From: a virus
Taxonomy: Duplodnaviria > Caudoviricetes
Direction: 5' to 3' (one strand)
Length of the DNA stretch: 40,700 bases
Virus record (IMG/VR): IMGVR_UViG_3300023092_000003
Coordinates: 1-40,700 of that record
Part shown: positions 1 through 6,460 of the stretch, piece by piece
How the letters are laid out: each line of letters begins with the position of its first letter
Numbering within the stretch: the stretch's first letter is position 1
Position numbers and translations under genes: made by a program
Notes under the pieces: generated by a model
What the model was told of the DNA's origin: nothing
What the model saw: the letters and a program-made list of their open reading frames with translations, nothing else
The model's database searches: none

Positions 1-16
1 CCCGAGGCGGTGGCAA

Positions 17-241
17 GTGCTCCGGCTGAGTGAGGTATCCGAGGACCTCCAGGAGGCAATCGACACGGGCGACACCGTCACGCTGACGCTCCGGGACGGC
101 GAGAGCCGTATCTCCTCGACCCTCACTGGGACGGTCCTGGAGCACGCCTACGACCCCGAGCGTTACGTCGTCCTCCTCTTCGGCACGAGCTACCGCGTCG
201 CCGTCCACCCCGACGACGTAACGGGGGTGCGCTGGGAATGA
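17..241 (+). CDS. hypothetical protein
   Basis: 74 aa ORF, GTG start, stop overlaps the next start (ATGA). Confidence 0.7.
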   Translation: MLRLSEVSEDLQEAIDTGDTVTLTLRDGESRISSTLTGTVLEHAYDPERYVVLLFGTSYRVAVHPDDVTGVRWE

Positions 242-393
242 ATGACGACGACTACGCCGCCATAGCCCGCGAGTGGGAGGCACGTCGCCGACTGCGCGCC
301 CGCTGGGTTCCCCTCTTCTGCCTGGTCAACGGCGCGATAGCGCTAGCGGCGGGCTACGTCCTCATGTTCGTGCTCCCGGTCGGTTTCGCATGA
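238..393 (+). CDS. small membrane protein (51 aa, not in ORF track)
   Basis: MNDDDYAAIAREWEARRRLRARWVPLFCLVNGAIALAAGYVLMFVLPVGFA; ATGA overlaps at both ends; one hydrophobic segment. Confidence 0.7.
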   Translation: MNDDDYAAIAREWEARRRLRARWVPLFCLVNGAIALAAGYVLMFVLPVGFA

Positions 394-617
394 CCCCGTG
401 CGACTGCCAGCCATGCCGAGAGGCGCGCAAGCTCCGCGCTAGCTGGCCTGACCTAGAGGAGACCGTCCTGGAGAGCCAGCACCGGCTCAACGCTGCCGCC
501 CAGGAAGCGGGCCAGCGTATCGGCGAGGCCGTCCGGCTTGCCGTGTTCCGCATTACCCACCGTTTCGCCCGCACCACTCCCGAGGAGGGACCGCATGGCA
601 ACCAGATTCAACCCTGA
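390..617 (+). CDS. hypothetical protein with CxCxxC motif
   Basis: MTPCDCQPC...; ATG at 390 coupled to the upstream stop. Confidence 0.6.
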   Translation: MTPCDCQPCREARKLRASWPDLEETVLESQHRLNAAAQEAGQRIGEAVRLAVFRITHRFARTTPEEGPHGNQIQP

Positions 618-921
618 CAAAGTCGCCGACAACGAGCGCGAGGTCTACCTCAAGGGGTACGCCGACGGCTACGAGGACCAGCGAGACGACGGCTTCCGCG
701 TCGACCCGGCTAAGCGGTTCCAAATCCTCTCGCCGTCCACGCCGACTCCCGGCGTCCCGCTTGTGGTCCTCGACCACCTGTCGGCCCTGTCCTATTCCTT
801 CGACAACCTCCAGGCCGCGCTTATCTGCGTCGGCCTCTTCGCTACCAACCCGACCTACGCCCGTCGGCGCTACGTCAACTCCTCCCCCATCAACTACAAG
901 TCGAAAGAGACCGACCAGTGA
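595..921 (+). CDS. hypothetical protein
   Basis: MATRFNPDK...; GAGGAGG RBS before ATG 595. Confidence 0.7.
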   Translation: MATRFNPDKVADNEREVYLKGYADGYEDQRDDGFRVDPAKRFQILSPSTPTPGVPLVVLDHLSALSYSFDNLQAALICVGLFATNPTYARRRYVNSSPINYKSKETDQ

Positions 922-1130
922 ACGCCGCCCCCGAGACAACTGACGCCGTCGTGCCGCTCCGCGAGCACCCGGTAGACCTCCTCGCCGGAAACCCCTTCCA
1001 GCGAAAAATCCTCTTCGCCCTCAACTTCCAGGGAAAGCACATCTACTACGGCACCGTTCCGGCGTCGACCACCGCAAAACGACGCGCCCGCAACAAGGTC
1101 GCCAAGGCTTCACGAAAGGCAAACCGATGA
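918..1130 (+). CDS. small basic hypothetical protein
   Basis: C-terminal KRRARNKVAKASRKANR; GTGA/ATGA coupling. Confidence 0.75.
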   Translation: MNAAPETTDAVVPLREHPVDLLAGNPFQRKILFALNFQGKHIYYGTVPASTTAKRRARNKVAKASRKANR

Positions 1131-1570
1131 CCACGACAAACAAAATCGAGTTCGGCGTCCTGTACCCGAATTACGCGACGCCCACCTGGCCCGACGCCGA
1201 CGGCGAAATCCACCTGAAAGGCGCTGGCTACCGTTCCGCTGTCGCGACCACCGCCGCCCAGGCCGAGGCACTCCAGGAGGACCTCCTGGAGTATCTCCCC
1301 GCTGACAACAAGCTCTACCGCCGCGAGACTGTCTCGCACGTGTCCGCCGATGTCGAGGTCACCAAGCCCATCCCGACCCCGACCCGGTTCGGAGCCGTCG
1401 TCCGTGCGATCTACTGCGGCGTGCCTGTCCTCGCGACCCGTGCCGACACCACCGACGCGATCCCGTGGCGCATCGACAAGGGCGAGGACATCGACTCGGT
1501 CTGGACCTCCTGGGCCGCTGACCGCGACCTGACCGTGACAGAGGTTCTCTTTGAGGGGGTAGAGGCATGA
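1127..1570 (+). CDS. hypothetical protein, paralog family A copy 1
   Basis: 147 aa; shares EFG..TWPD.DGE and PT..GAV.RA...RADT...IPW with the next gene. Confidence 0.8.
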   Translation: MTTTNKIEFGVLYPNYATPTWPDADGEIHLKGAGYRSAVATTAAQAEALQEDLLEYLPADNKLYRRETVSHVSADVEVTKPIPTPTRFGAVVRAIYCGVPVLATRADTTDAIPWRIDKGEDIDSVWTSWAADRDLTVTEVLFEGVEA

Positions 1571-1971
1571 CCGCGACAAACACGGTCGAGTTCGGGCTCA
1601 GTCACCGCCCCGGCGTCGTGACCTGGCCGGACGACGACGGCGAGCTTTACCACGTCGGGCACGAGTGTTACGTCGCGGCCACCGCCGACGGGACTTCTGA
1701 CAGCGAGGCAGTCCAGGCGAAACTCCTCGACAAGCTCCCCGACGGCTGGACGGTTTACCGGCGCGAGGTCCTGGAGCCTGTCGAGGTCAAGCGCGCGACC
1801 CCGTTTCCGACGGGTCTCGGCGCTGTGATCCGAGCCCAGTACAGCGGCGAGGAGACTATCGCTGTCCGAGCAGACACGGACTCTATCCCGTGGCGTACCC
1901 ATGAGTACGGCTGGGTAGACGAGAGCGCTCTAACCATCCTGGAAGTCATCTCCGAGGGGGTGCACCTGTGA
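1567..1971 (+). CDS. hypothetical protein, paralog family A copy 2
   Basis: 134 aa; visible similarity to 1127-1570. Confidence 0.8.
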   Translation: MTATNTVEFGLSHRPGVVTWPDDDGELYHVGHECYVAATADGTSDSEAVQAKLLDKLPDGWTVYRREVLEPVEVKRATPFPTGLGAVIRAQYSGEETIAVRADTDSIPWRTHEYGWVDESALTILEVISEGVHL

Positions 1972-2165
1972 GCACCTCAGGAGACCGCTTCGCCCTCATT
2001 CTCCACACCGACGAGGAGGTCCAGATCACGGACACGGTAACGGGCCTGGTGTACCCGTTTGTCGGCTCGGAGACCCCCGCCGACGTACAGGAGCTGGTGG
2101 ACACGGCGAACGGCCACCCCGAGACGTTCCTATTCCTCTTTATCCCTCTCGTGGAGGAGCTGTGA
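1968..2165 (+). CDS. hypothetical protein
   Basis: 65 aa, translationally coupled. Confidence 0.65.
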   Translation: MSTSGDRFALILHTDEEVQITDTVTGLVYPFVGSETPADVQELVDTANGHPETFLFLFIPLVEEL

Positions 2166-2356
2166 GTCACCGCCAGATCAAGTACAAATTCCGCGACGAC
2201 GTAGCGGCCAAGCTCCTCGCCTGGGTCCTGCTCCTGGTCGCATCCGAGCAGTACCGCACCGCCTATTTCGAGGTCCTCGAAATGGGGTATATCGCCCGCG
2301 ACGGTCACGAAACCATAGCGGAGCGCAAGCGCAAAGAACGCAAGCGCACCTACTAA
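2162..2356 (+). CDS. hypothetical protein
   Basis: 64 aa, coupled, followed by a terminator. Confidence 0.65.
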   Translation: MSHRQIKYKFRDDVAAKLLAWVLLLVASEQYRTAYFEVLEMGYIARDGHETIAERKRKERKRTY

Positions 2357-2358
2357 GA

Positions 2359-2397
2359 AAAGGCCCTCTCCCTACCCAGGGAGGGGGCTTTTTTCTT
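2359..2397 (+). terminator. intrinsic terminator
   Basis: AGGCCCTCTCC...GGAGGGGGCTT stem followed by a T-run. Confidence 0.8.
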
Positions 2398-2411
2398 GCC
2401 CAAATTCTTTT

Positions 2412-2437
2412 GAGCAGCCCGGCGAACGTGGCCCCCT
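2412..2437 (+). promoter_or_regulatory. phage-specific promoter motif, class I (GAGCA-N13-GGCCCCCT)
   Basis: same motif at 29846, 31393, 35552, 37785 and 40281; here directly after a terminator. Confidence 0.7.
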
Positions 2438-2469
2438 CTGGAGCTAACCAACCCAACGAAAGGGAAATC

Positions 2470-2796
2470 ATGCACCCGCTTATGACCGTGGACGAATACC
2501 TCCAGATTCTCCACTCCGCATCCCCCACCGATCACCCGTTCCTCCAGCGTGAGGACGCCGAGGTACTCGGAGCCGCGTTTGTCCCCCTCGCGCACGCCAT
2601 GGCGAACTTTGTCGAGGTCATCCGCGTCTCCAGCATCGAGGGCGGCTACCCCGCCGCTCGCGGCTTCCTGGAGGACATGGTCCACACGTTCCCCGCTGAC
2701 GCCGACCCGGCAGACGTGCCCGACCCGCTGGCGGCGCTCCTCGCGATGCTCAACCGCAGCGCAACCGGCACCGTCCAGACGGAGGACCTCTTCTAA
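2470..2796 (+). CDS. hypothetical protein
   Basis: MHPLMTVDEYL...; GAAAGGGA RBS before ATG 2470. Confidence 0.7.
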   Translation: MHPLMTVDEYLQILHSASPTDHPFLQREDAEVLGAAFVPLAHAMANFVEVIRVSSIEGGYPAARGFLEDMVHTFPADADPADVPDPLAALLAMLNRSATGTVQTEDLF

Positions 2797-3026
2797 TGGA
2801 CGCTGCCACACTTGCCGCATTCCTGGACGACCTCGGCTCCATCGACCTGGCGAACTACGGCCAGGGTTATGCGGAGGAGCTGGACGACGACGGGCAGGCC
2901 ACGCACGCGGTAGTTGTCCGCGCTCTGGTCGACTCCATCCGGCGCGGTAACGCTCTCCTCACCCAGGCTGTCGTTGCCGTCCAGACCCTCCACGCCGAGG
3001 TTCACGCACTGGGAGGCCACCAGTAG
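2796..3026 (+). CDS. hypothetical protein
   Basis: 76 aa, TAATG coupling. Confidence 0.7.
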   Translation: MDAATLAAFLDDLGSIDLANYGQGYAEELDDDGQATHAVVVRALVDSIRRGNALLTQAVVAVQTLHAEVHALGGHQ

Positions 3027-3232
3027 TGGCGACGGACACCCAGAGCCCCGCCGAGCGACTGGCCGACCTCACGCCGGTCCAGTTGCTCGGGACGGCTCGC
3101 CTGTACTCCCCCGCGATTGAGCACGAGGAGACGCGGGCGCTGATCGAGGCTCTGGCCGCTCGCTTGGACGAGGCAATCGACCTCCTCAAGCTCTGCCAGC
3201 TCGCCATGCTCCTGGCCGACAAAGCCCGGTAG
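3026..3232 (+). CDS. hypothetical protein
   Basis: 68 aa, TAGTG coupling. Confidence 0.65.
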   Translation: MATDTQSPAERLADLTPVQLLGTARLYSPAIEHEETRALIEALAARLDEAIDLLKLCQLAMLLADKAR

Positions 3233-3293
3233 CTCCCATCCATAGAGGGGGCCGCGACCGTCCCGACGATCACAGCGGCCCCCTCCTCAACAA

Positions 3294-3303
3294 CGTTTAC
3301 ACG
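3294..3303 (+). repeat. first copy of the dispersed CGTTTACACG motif (about 16 copies in the window)
   Basis: copies at 3294, 6155, 8998(-), 11469, 12821(-), 12978, 15313, 18468, 20932, 22576(-), 25662, 27959(-), 29778, 35498, 36677, 40504. Confidence 0.85.
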
Positions 3304-3351
3304 CTCCAGACCTGAATAAAACCCATTCCTTTGTATGAAAGGCATCTGCTA

Positions 3352-3765
3352 ATGACCTACGGACTCCGTTACCGCCTCAAGGGAGAGACCATCGACGCGT
3401 ACCCCGACGAGGACGGCGACATTCTGATCCGCACCCGCTGGAGCCGCTACCTCCCCGCCCACGACCTGGACACCCTGACCGCCAACGTCCTCAGCTACCA
3501 CGCGAGCAAAGAGGACACCGACCCCACCGTCCAGATCATTCGCATCACGGCGACCGAGGTTGTCCACCCCGCTCCCCCGACGGCGTTCGCCACGGTCATC
3601 CAGGCAGAGGTCGCGGGCGTCCCCGTTCCCGTCGTGCTGGCCCGTACCGGCGACGAGGACTCCATCCCGTGGGTCACGCTGACTAGCGGCACCGACGCCC
3701 CGCGCTTTGTCGGCGACGACTCAATCGAGCGTTTCGAGGTCCTCTACGCTGGGCCGGCCAGCTAA
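3352..3765 (+). CDS. hypothetical protein, diverged paralog family A copy 3
   Basis: GAAAGG RBS before ATG 3352; YPDEDGDI, PTAFATVIQA, DSIPW and EVLYAG match family A. Confidence 0.7.
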   Translation: MTYGLRYRLKGETIDAYPDEDGDILIRTRWSRYLPAHDLDTLTANVLSYHASKEDTDPTVQIIRITATEVVHPAPPTAFATVIQAEVAGVPVPVVLARTGDEDSIPWVTLTSGTDAPRFVGDDSIERFEVLYAGPAS

Positions 3766-4394
3766 TGGGCCGCGTCTGGTTCACGTCGGACCTCCACCTG
3801 AAACACGCCAAGGTCGCCGAGTTGCGAGGGTTCAACTCCACCGAGGAGCACGACCAGGCGATTGTCGACAACTGGCGCTCTGTGGTGAACCCGAAAGCCG
3901 ACGATCAGGTCTGGGTCCTGGGCGACATTGCTGCCAGCGCCCCCGGCTACGCGCTGGACGTTATCCACTCGCTGCCTGGCACCAAGCATCTGATCCTGGG
4001 AAACCACGACGCCGCCCACCCCATGCACCGGAACGCGCACCACAAGCTCCGCCAGTACCTGTGGGCTTTCGAGTCGGTCGCCATGGCAGCACGTCGGCGG
4101 ATCGAGGGCGAGGAGGTTCTCCTGTCGCACTTCCCGTACCGGCGTGACCGGCACGAGGCCCGCCACAGCCAGTGGAGGCTCCGCGACGAGGGGCTCCCGC
4201 TCCTGCACGGCCACACCCACGGCGAGGAGCGACTCACCCTGGAGGGCTCCACGGTTGACAACCCGTTCGGCTGGTTGCTCGGGGGTAAGCCGACCGTCGA
4301 GTTCCACGTCGGACTCGACGCCTGGGACATGCAACTGGTCCCGCTGGAGACCGTCGCGAACGCGCTCTACATGGCACGAAAGGCAGCCGAATGA
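3765..4394 (+). CDS. metallophosphoesterase (calcineurin-like)
   Basis: SDLH, LGD, GNHD, SHFP and HGHTH motifs. Confidence 0.92.
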   Translation: MGRVWFTSDLHLKHAKVAELRGFNSTEEHDQAIVDNWRSVVNPKADDQVWVLGDIAASAPGYALDVIHSLPGTKHLILGNHDAAHPMHRNAHHKLRQYLWAFESVAMAARRRIEGEEVLLSHFPYRRDRHEARHSQWRLRDEGLPLLHGHTHGEERLTLEGSTVDNPFGWLLGGKPTVEFHVGLDAWDMQLVPLETVANALYMARKAAE

Positions 4395-4585
4395 CACACG
4401 AGCAATTCACCGGGTTCGCCTCGGGACTGGTTCTGGGAGGCCCGGTCTGGTTCCTGTTCTTTAGCCTCCTGCTCCTGTTCGTCTGGTCCATCGACGGAGT
4501 CCTCGCCTGGCTCCGGCGTGTGGACCGCCCCGCTTCCCCTCGCCGAGGGCGTCGCGCACTCCGAGAGAGCAATGGAAAGAGGTAA
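4391..4585 (+). CDS. small membrane protein
   Basis: hydrophobic stretch WFLFFSLLLLFVW followed by a basic tail. Confidence 0.65.
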   Translation: MTHEQFTGFASGLVLGGPVWFLFFSLLLLFVWSIDGVLAWLRRVDRPASPRRGRRALRESNGKR

Positions 4586-4587
4586 GT

Positions 4588-4776
4588 ATGCCGACCCCCA
4601 AAGAGGTCCAGCTGGAAATGTATTACACGACGTGGGAGGACTCCTGCCGCGAGCCCGCCGTGACACCGGAGGGCAGCCTCCGCGAGTGTCGGCGCTTTCG
4701 CGGTCACTGGCAGAATGGCTCGCCTTGTGCGTCCGGCTTCGGCGACAACTACCGAGAGTGGGAGCATTCAAGTTGA
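4588..4776 (+). CDS. hypothetical protein (Cys/His, possible Zn binding)
   Basis: 62 aa; GAGG RBS. Confidence 0.6.
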   Translation: MPTPKEVQLEMYYTTWEDSCREPAVTPEGSLRECRRFRGHWQNGSPCASGFGDNYREWEHSS

Positions 4777-5009
4777 CCGCAGAGGCGCGCATAGCCGCCA
4801 CGGCTGACCGCTACGGGGAACCGGGCGAGCTGGCCGAGGCAGCTATCCGTCGCGCCGCGTACCGACGAGCCCGAGGGGGTAAGACGTGCGCTCACTGCCA
4901 GCAGCACAAGCCGCTGGCGGACTTCGGTAAAGACTCCCGCGAGCGTGACGGACTACACCGGTTGTGCCGGGTATGTGTCGCCGCGCGGGATAGGGCCCTG
5001 TCTTCGTAA
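4773..5009 (+). CDS. small zinc-finger protein
   Basis: TTG 4773 coupled to upstream TGA; KTCAHCQQHKPLADF...DGL...CRVC resembles the Zn-ribbon N-terminus of HNH/EndoVII-type proteins. Confidence 0.7.
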   Translation: MTAEARIAATADRYGEPGELAEAAIRRAAYRRARGGKTCAHCQQHKPLADFGKDSRERDGLHRLCRVCVAARDRALSS

Positions 5010-5026
5010 CCCAGGCCCCCTACATA
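5002..5026 (+). promoter_or_regulatory. phage-specific promoter motif, class II (CTTCGTAASCCAGGCCCCCTAYATA)
   Basis: near-identical copy at 12837-12861; precedes the tRNA cluster. Confidence 0.65.
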
Positions 5027-5101
5027 AATACAGAGAGTTTGCTCCTGCCCGACTCGCGCCTCCCCTATGCCAGGGCGAGCGACGGAGCGGCTCTCTGCAA
5101 T

Positions 5102-5174
5102 GGTTTCGTTAGCTCAATGGCAGAGCGCCCGACTGTGTATCGGGAGGTTATGGGTTCGAGCCCCATACGTCACC
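5102..5174 (+). tRNA. tRNA-His(GTG) with two acceptor-stem mismatches
   Basis: G-1/C73, TAGCTCAATGGCAGAGC D arm, CCCGA-CTGTGTA-TCGGG anticodon arm, GGTTCGAGCCC T arm; no encoded CCA. Confidence 0.75.
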
Positions 5175-5254
5175 CTATGCGCCAGGACTTCCGATTGTGG
5201 GCTCCCCTGGCGCTCTTGCCCCTGTACCGGCCCGAGCGCTGGCCCAGGGTGCGA

Positions 5255-5327
5255 TCCCCCTTAGCTCAGTCGGTAGAGCAGCGCACTGTTAATGCGCGGG
5301 TCCCTGGTTCGAGTCCAGGAGAGGGAG
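5255..5327 (+). tRNA. tRNA-Asn(GTT)
   Basis: full cloverleaf; GCGCA-CTGTTAA-TGCGC; one C-A mismatch in the acceptor stem. Confidence 0.88.
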
Positions 5328-5379
5328 CGAGAGCAGACGCCCTCCGGCCCGCACGCTGGAGTCCGGCGTCTGCTCGTGA

Positions 5380-5451
5380 TAGCCCTTAGTCCAATCGGTA
5401 AGACCCCCGACTCTGAATCGGGTGATCTTGGTTCGAGTCCAGGGGGGCTAG
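5380..5451 (+). tRNA. tRNA-Gln(CTG)
   Basis: TAGCCCT/GGGGCTA acceptor, CCCGA-CTCTGAA-TCGGG, GGTTCGAGTCC. Confidence 0.85.
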
Positions 5452-5584
5452 CTACGGCGGCGAGAGTGACAACGTAACGGCGGGACCTGAAATCCCGACC
5501 TAGACTCTCGCACGCTTACCGCGTCACATTCGGCCCCCGGGTGTGACTTCTAAGGCGTGGCCTCGGCCATGGACGGGGGACTTG

Positions 5585-5661
5585 CGAGGGTTAGCTCAGT
5601 CCGGCAGAGCGACGGCCATTGGGGCCGTAGGTCACTGGTTCAAATCCAGTACCCCCGCCCA
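5585..5661 (+). tRNA. Pro-like tRNA with atypical anticodon loop (identity uncertain)
   Basis: C1-G72, TAGCTCAGTCCGGCAGAGC, GGTTCAAATCC, encoded CCA; loop ACGGC-CATTGGG-GCCGT places TGG off-centre. Confidence 0.65.
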
Positions 5662-5674
5662 TACTTGCGTCTAG

Positions 5675-5690
5675 TGTTTCACGTGAAACA
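5675..5690. promoter_or_regulatory. parS: parS palindrome, copy 1
   Basis: TGTTTCACGTGAAACA, exact match to the bacterial chromosomal ParB-binding consensus. Confidence 0.8.
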
Positions 5691-5778
5691 TTCCACGCAC
5701 CTTTGCCAGGCGTACCTCACCGAGAGGGCGACCTGGTCCGCTGACTGGGTAGAGCCCTTCCCCCTGCTCCTCAGTCAC

Positions 5779-5817
5779 GAGCCCTCCAGGCCCTCCCGCC
5801 TGGGGGGCTTTTTCTTT
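5779..5817 (+). terminator. intrinsic terminator ending the tRNA cluster
   Basis: AGCCCTCCAGG...CCTGGGGGGCT followed by TTTTCTTT. Confidence 0.75.
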
Positions 5818-5850
5818 GTCCCAGCCCACCCACAACCAGCAGGAGACCCC

Positions 5851-6078
5851 ATGGCACCTATCGAAAAGCGAAAAGTCACGATGACCTCAATTGGGCTCCT
5901 GCCCGACGGGTCGACGGCTACCTACCAGGCGACGGACTACGTCCCCCTGGACATTTTGGACTCCTACGTCGCGGACGCTGCGTCGCGCTGGCAGTCCGTC
6001 ACCGTCGGCGAGTCTCACGACCCCGGCCCCGCTGGCGACGGCGGAGAAACCATCACCCCCGATCACCTTAAGGACTAA
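5851..6078 (+). CDS. hypothetical protein
   Basis: AGGAG RBS, MAPIEKRKVT..., 75 aa. Confidence 0.7.
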   Translation: MAPIEKRKVTMTSIGLLPDGSTATYQATDYVPLDILDSYVADAASRWQSVTVGESHDPGPAGDGGETITPDHLKD

Positions 6079-6083
6079 CACCA

Positions 6084-6440
6084 ATGGCAATTCAGACAGC
6101 AGCTATGCGGAAGGCTCTCGCCACCGCTTACGGTTCCAGCGCCCCCTATGGAGCCGTTTACACGACCGCCCCTGGAGCAGCAGCGGGCACCGAGCCCTCC
6201 GGAGGCTCCCCGGCGTATGCGCGTAAGGCGCTGACCTGGTCGGCTCCCGTCACGACCGGCTCCACCGAGGTCATTACGTCGACCGCGACCTTCGACATTC
6301 CGGCAGGCACAACCGCCCTCGGCGCTGGCCTCCACTCCGCCGCGACTGGCGGGACCTACATGGACGGCGGCTCGCTCACGTCCCAGGCGTTCGCCTCACA
6401 GGGCACCTTCGCTATCACCTTCTCGCTCGCACTCGCATAA
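6084..6440 (+). CDS. small virion/tail-fibre-associated protein
   Basis: GTEPSGGSPAYARKALTW...TFDIPAG...GGTY.DGG pattern resembles small actinophage minor tail proteins. Confidence 0.65.
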   Translation: MAIQTAAMRKALATAYGSSAPYGAVYTTAPGAAAGTEPSGGSPAYARKALTWSAPVTTGSTEVITSTATFDIPAGTTALGAGLHSAATGGTYMDGGSLTSQAFASQGTFAITFSLALA

Positions 6441-6460
6441 GCCCTCAGGAGGCCCCCCTA

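Noticed and set aside
1127-1971. Tandem similar genes as a diversity-generating retroelement template/target pair
   Set aside because: Similarity is at the protein level and diverged throughout, not adenine-specific; no reverse transcriptase in the window.
3245-3285. GGCCCCCT at about 3277 as another class I promoter
   Set aside because: No GAGCA 13 nt upstream; it is the 3' arm of a GAGGGGGCCGC...GCGGCCCCCTC hairpin.
5039-5850. ORFs 5039-5389, 5067-5264, 5292-5477 and the 5' extension of 5557-6078
   Set aside because: They overlap tRNAs, parS and a terminator; the real start is ATG 5851 with an RBS.
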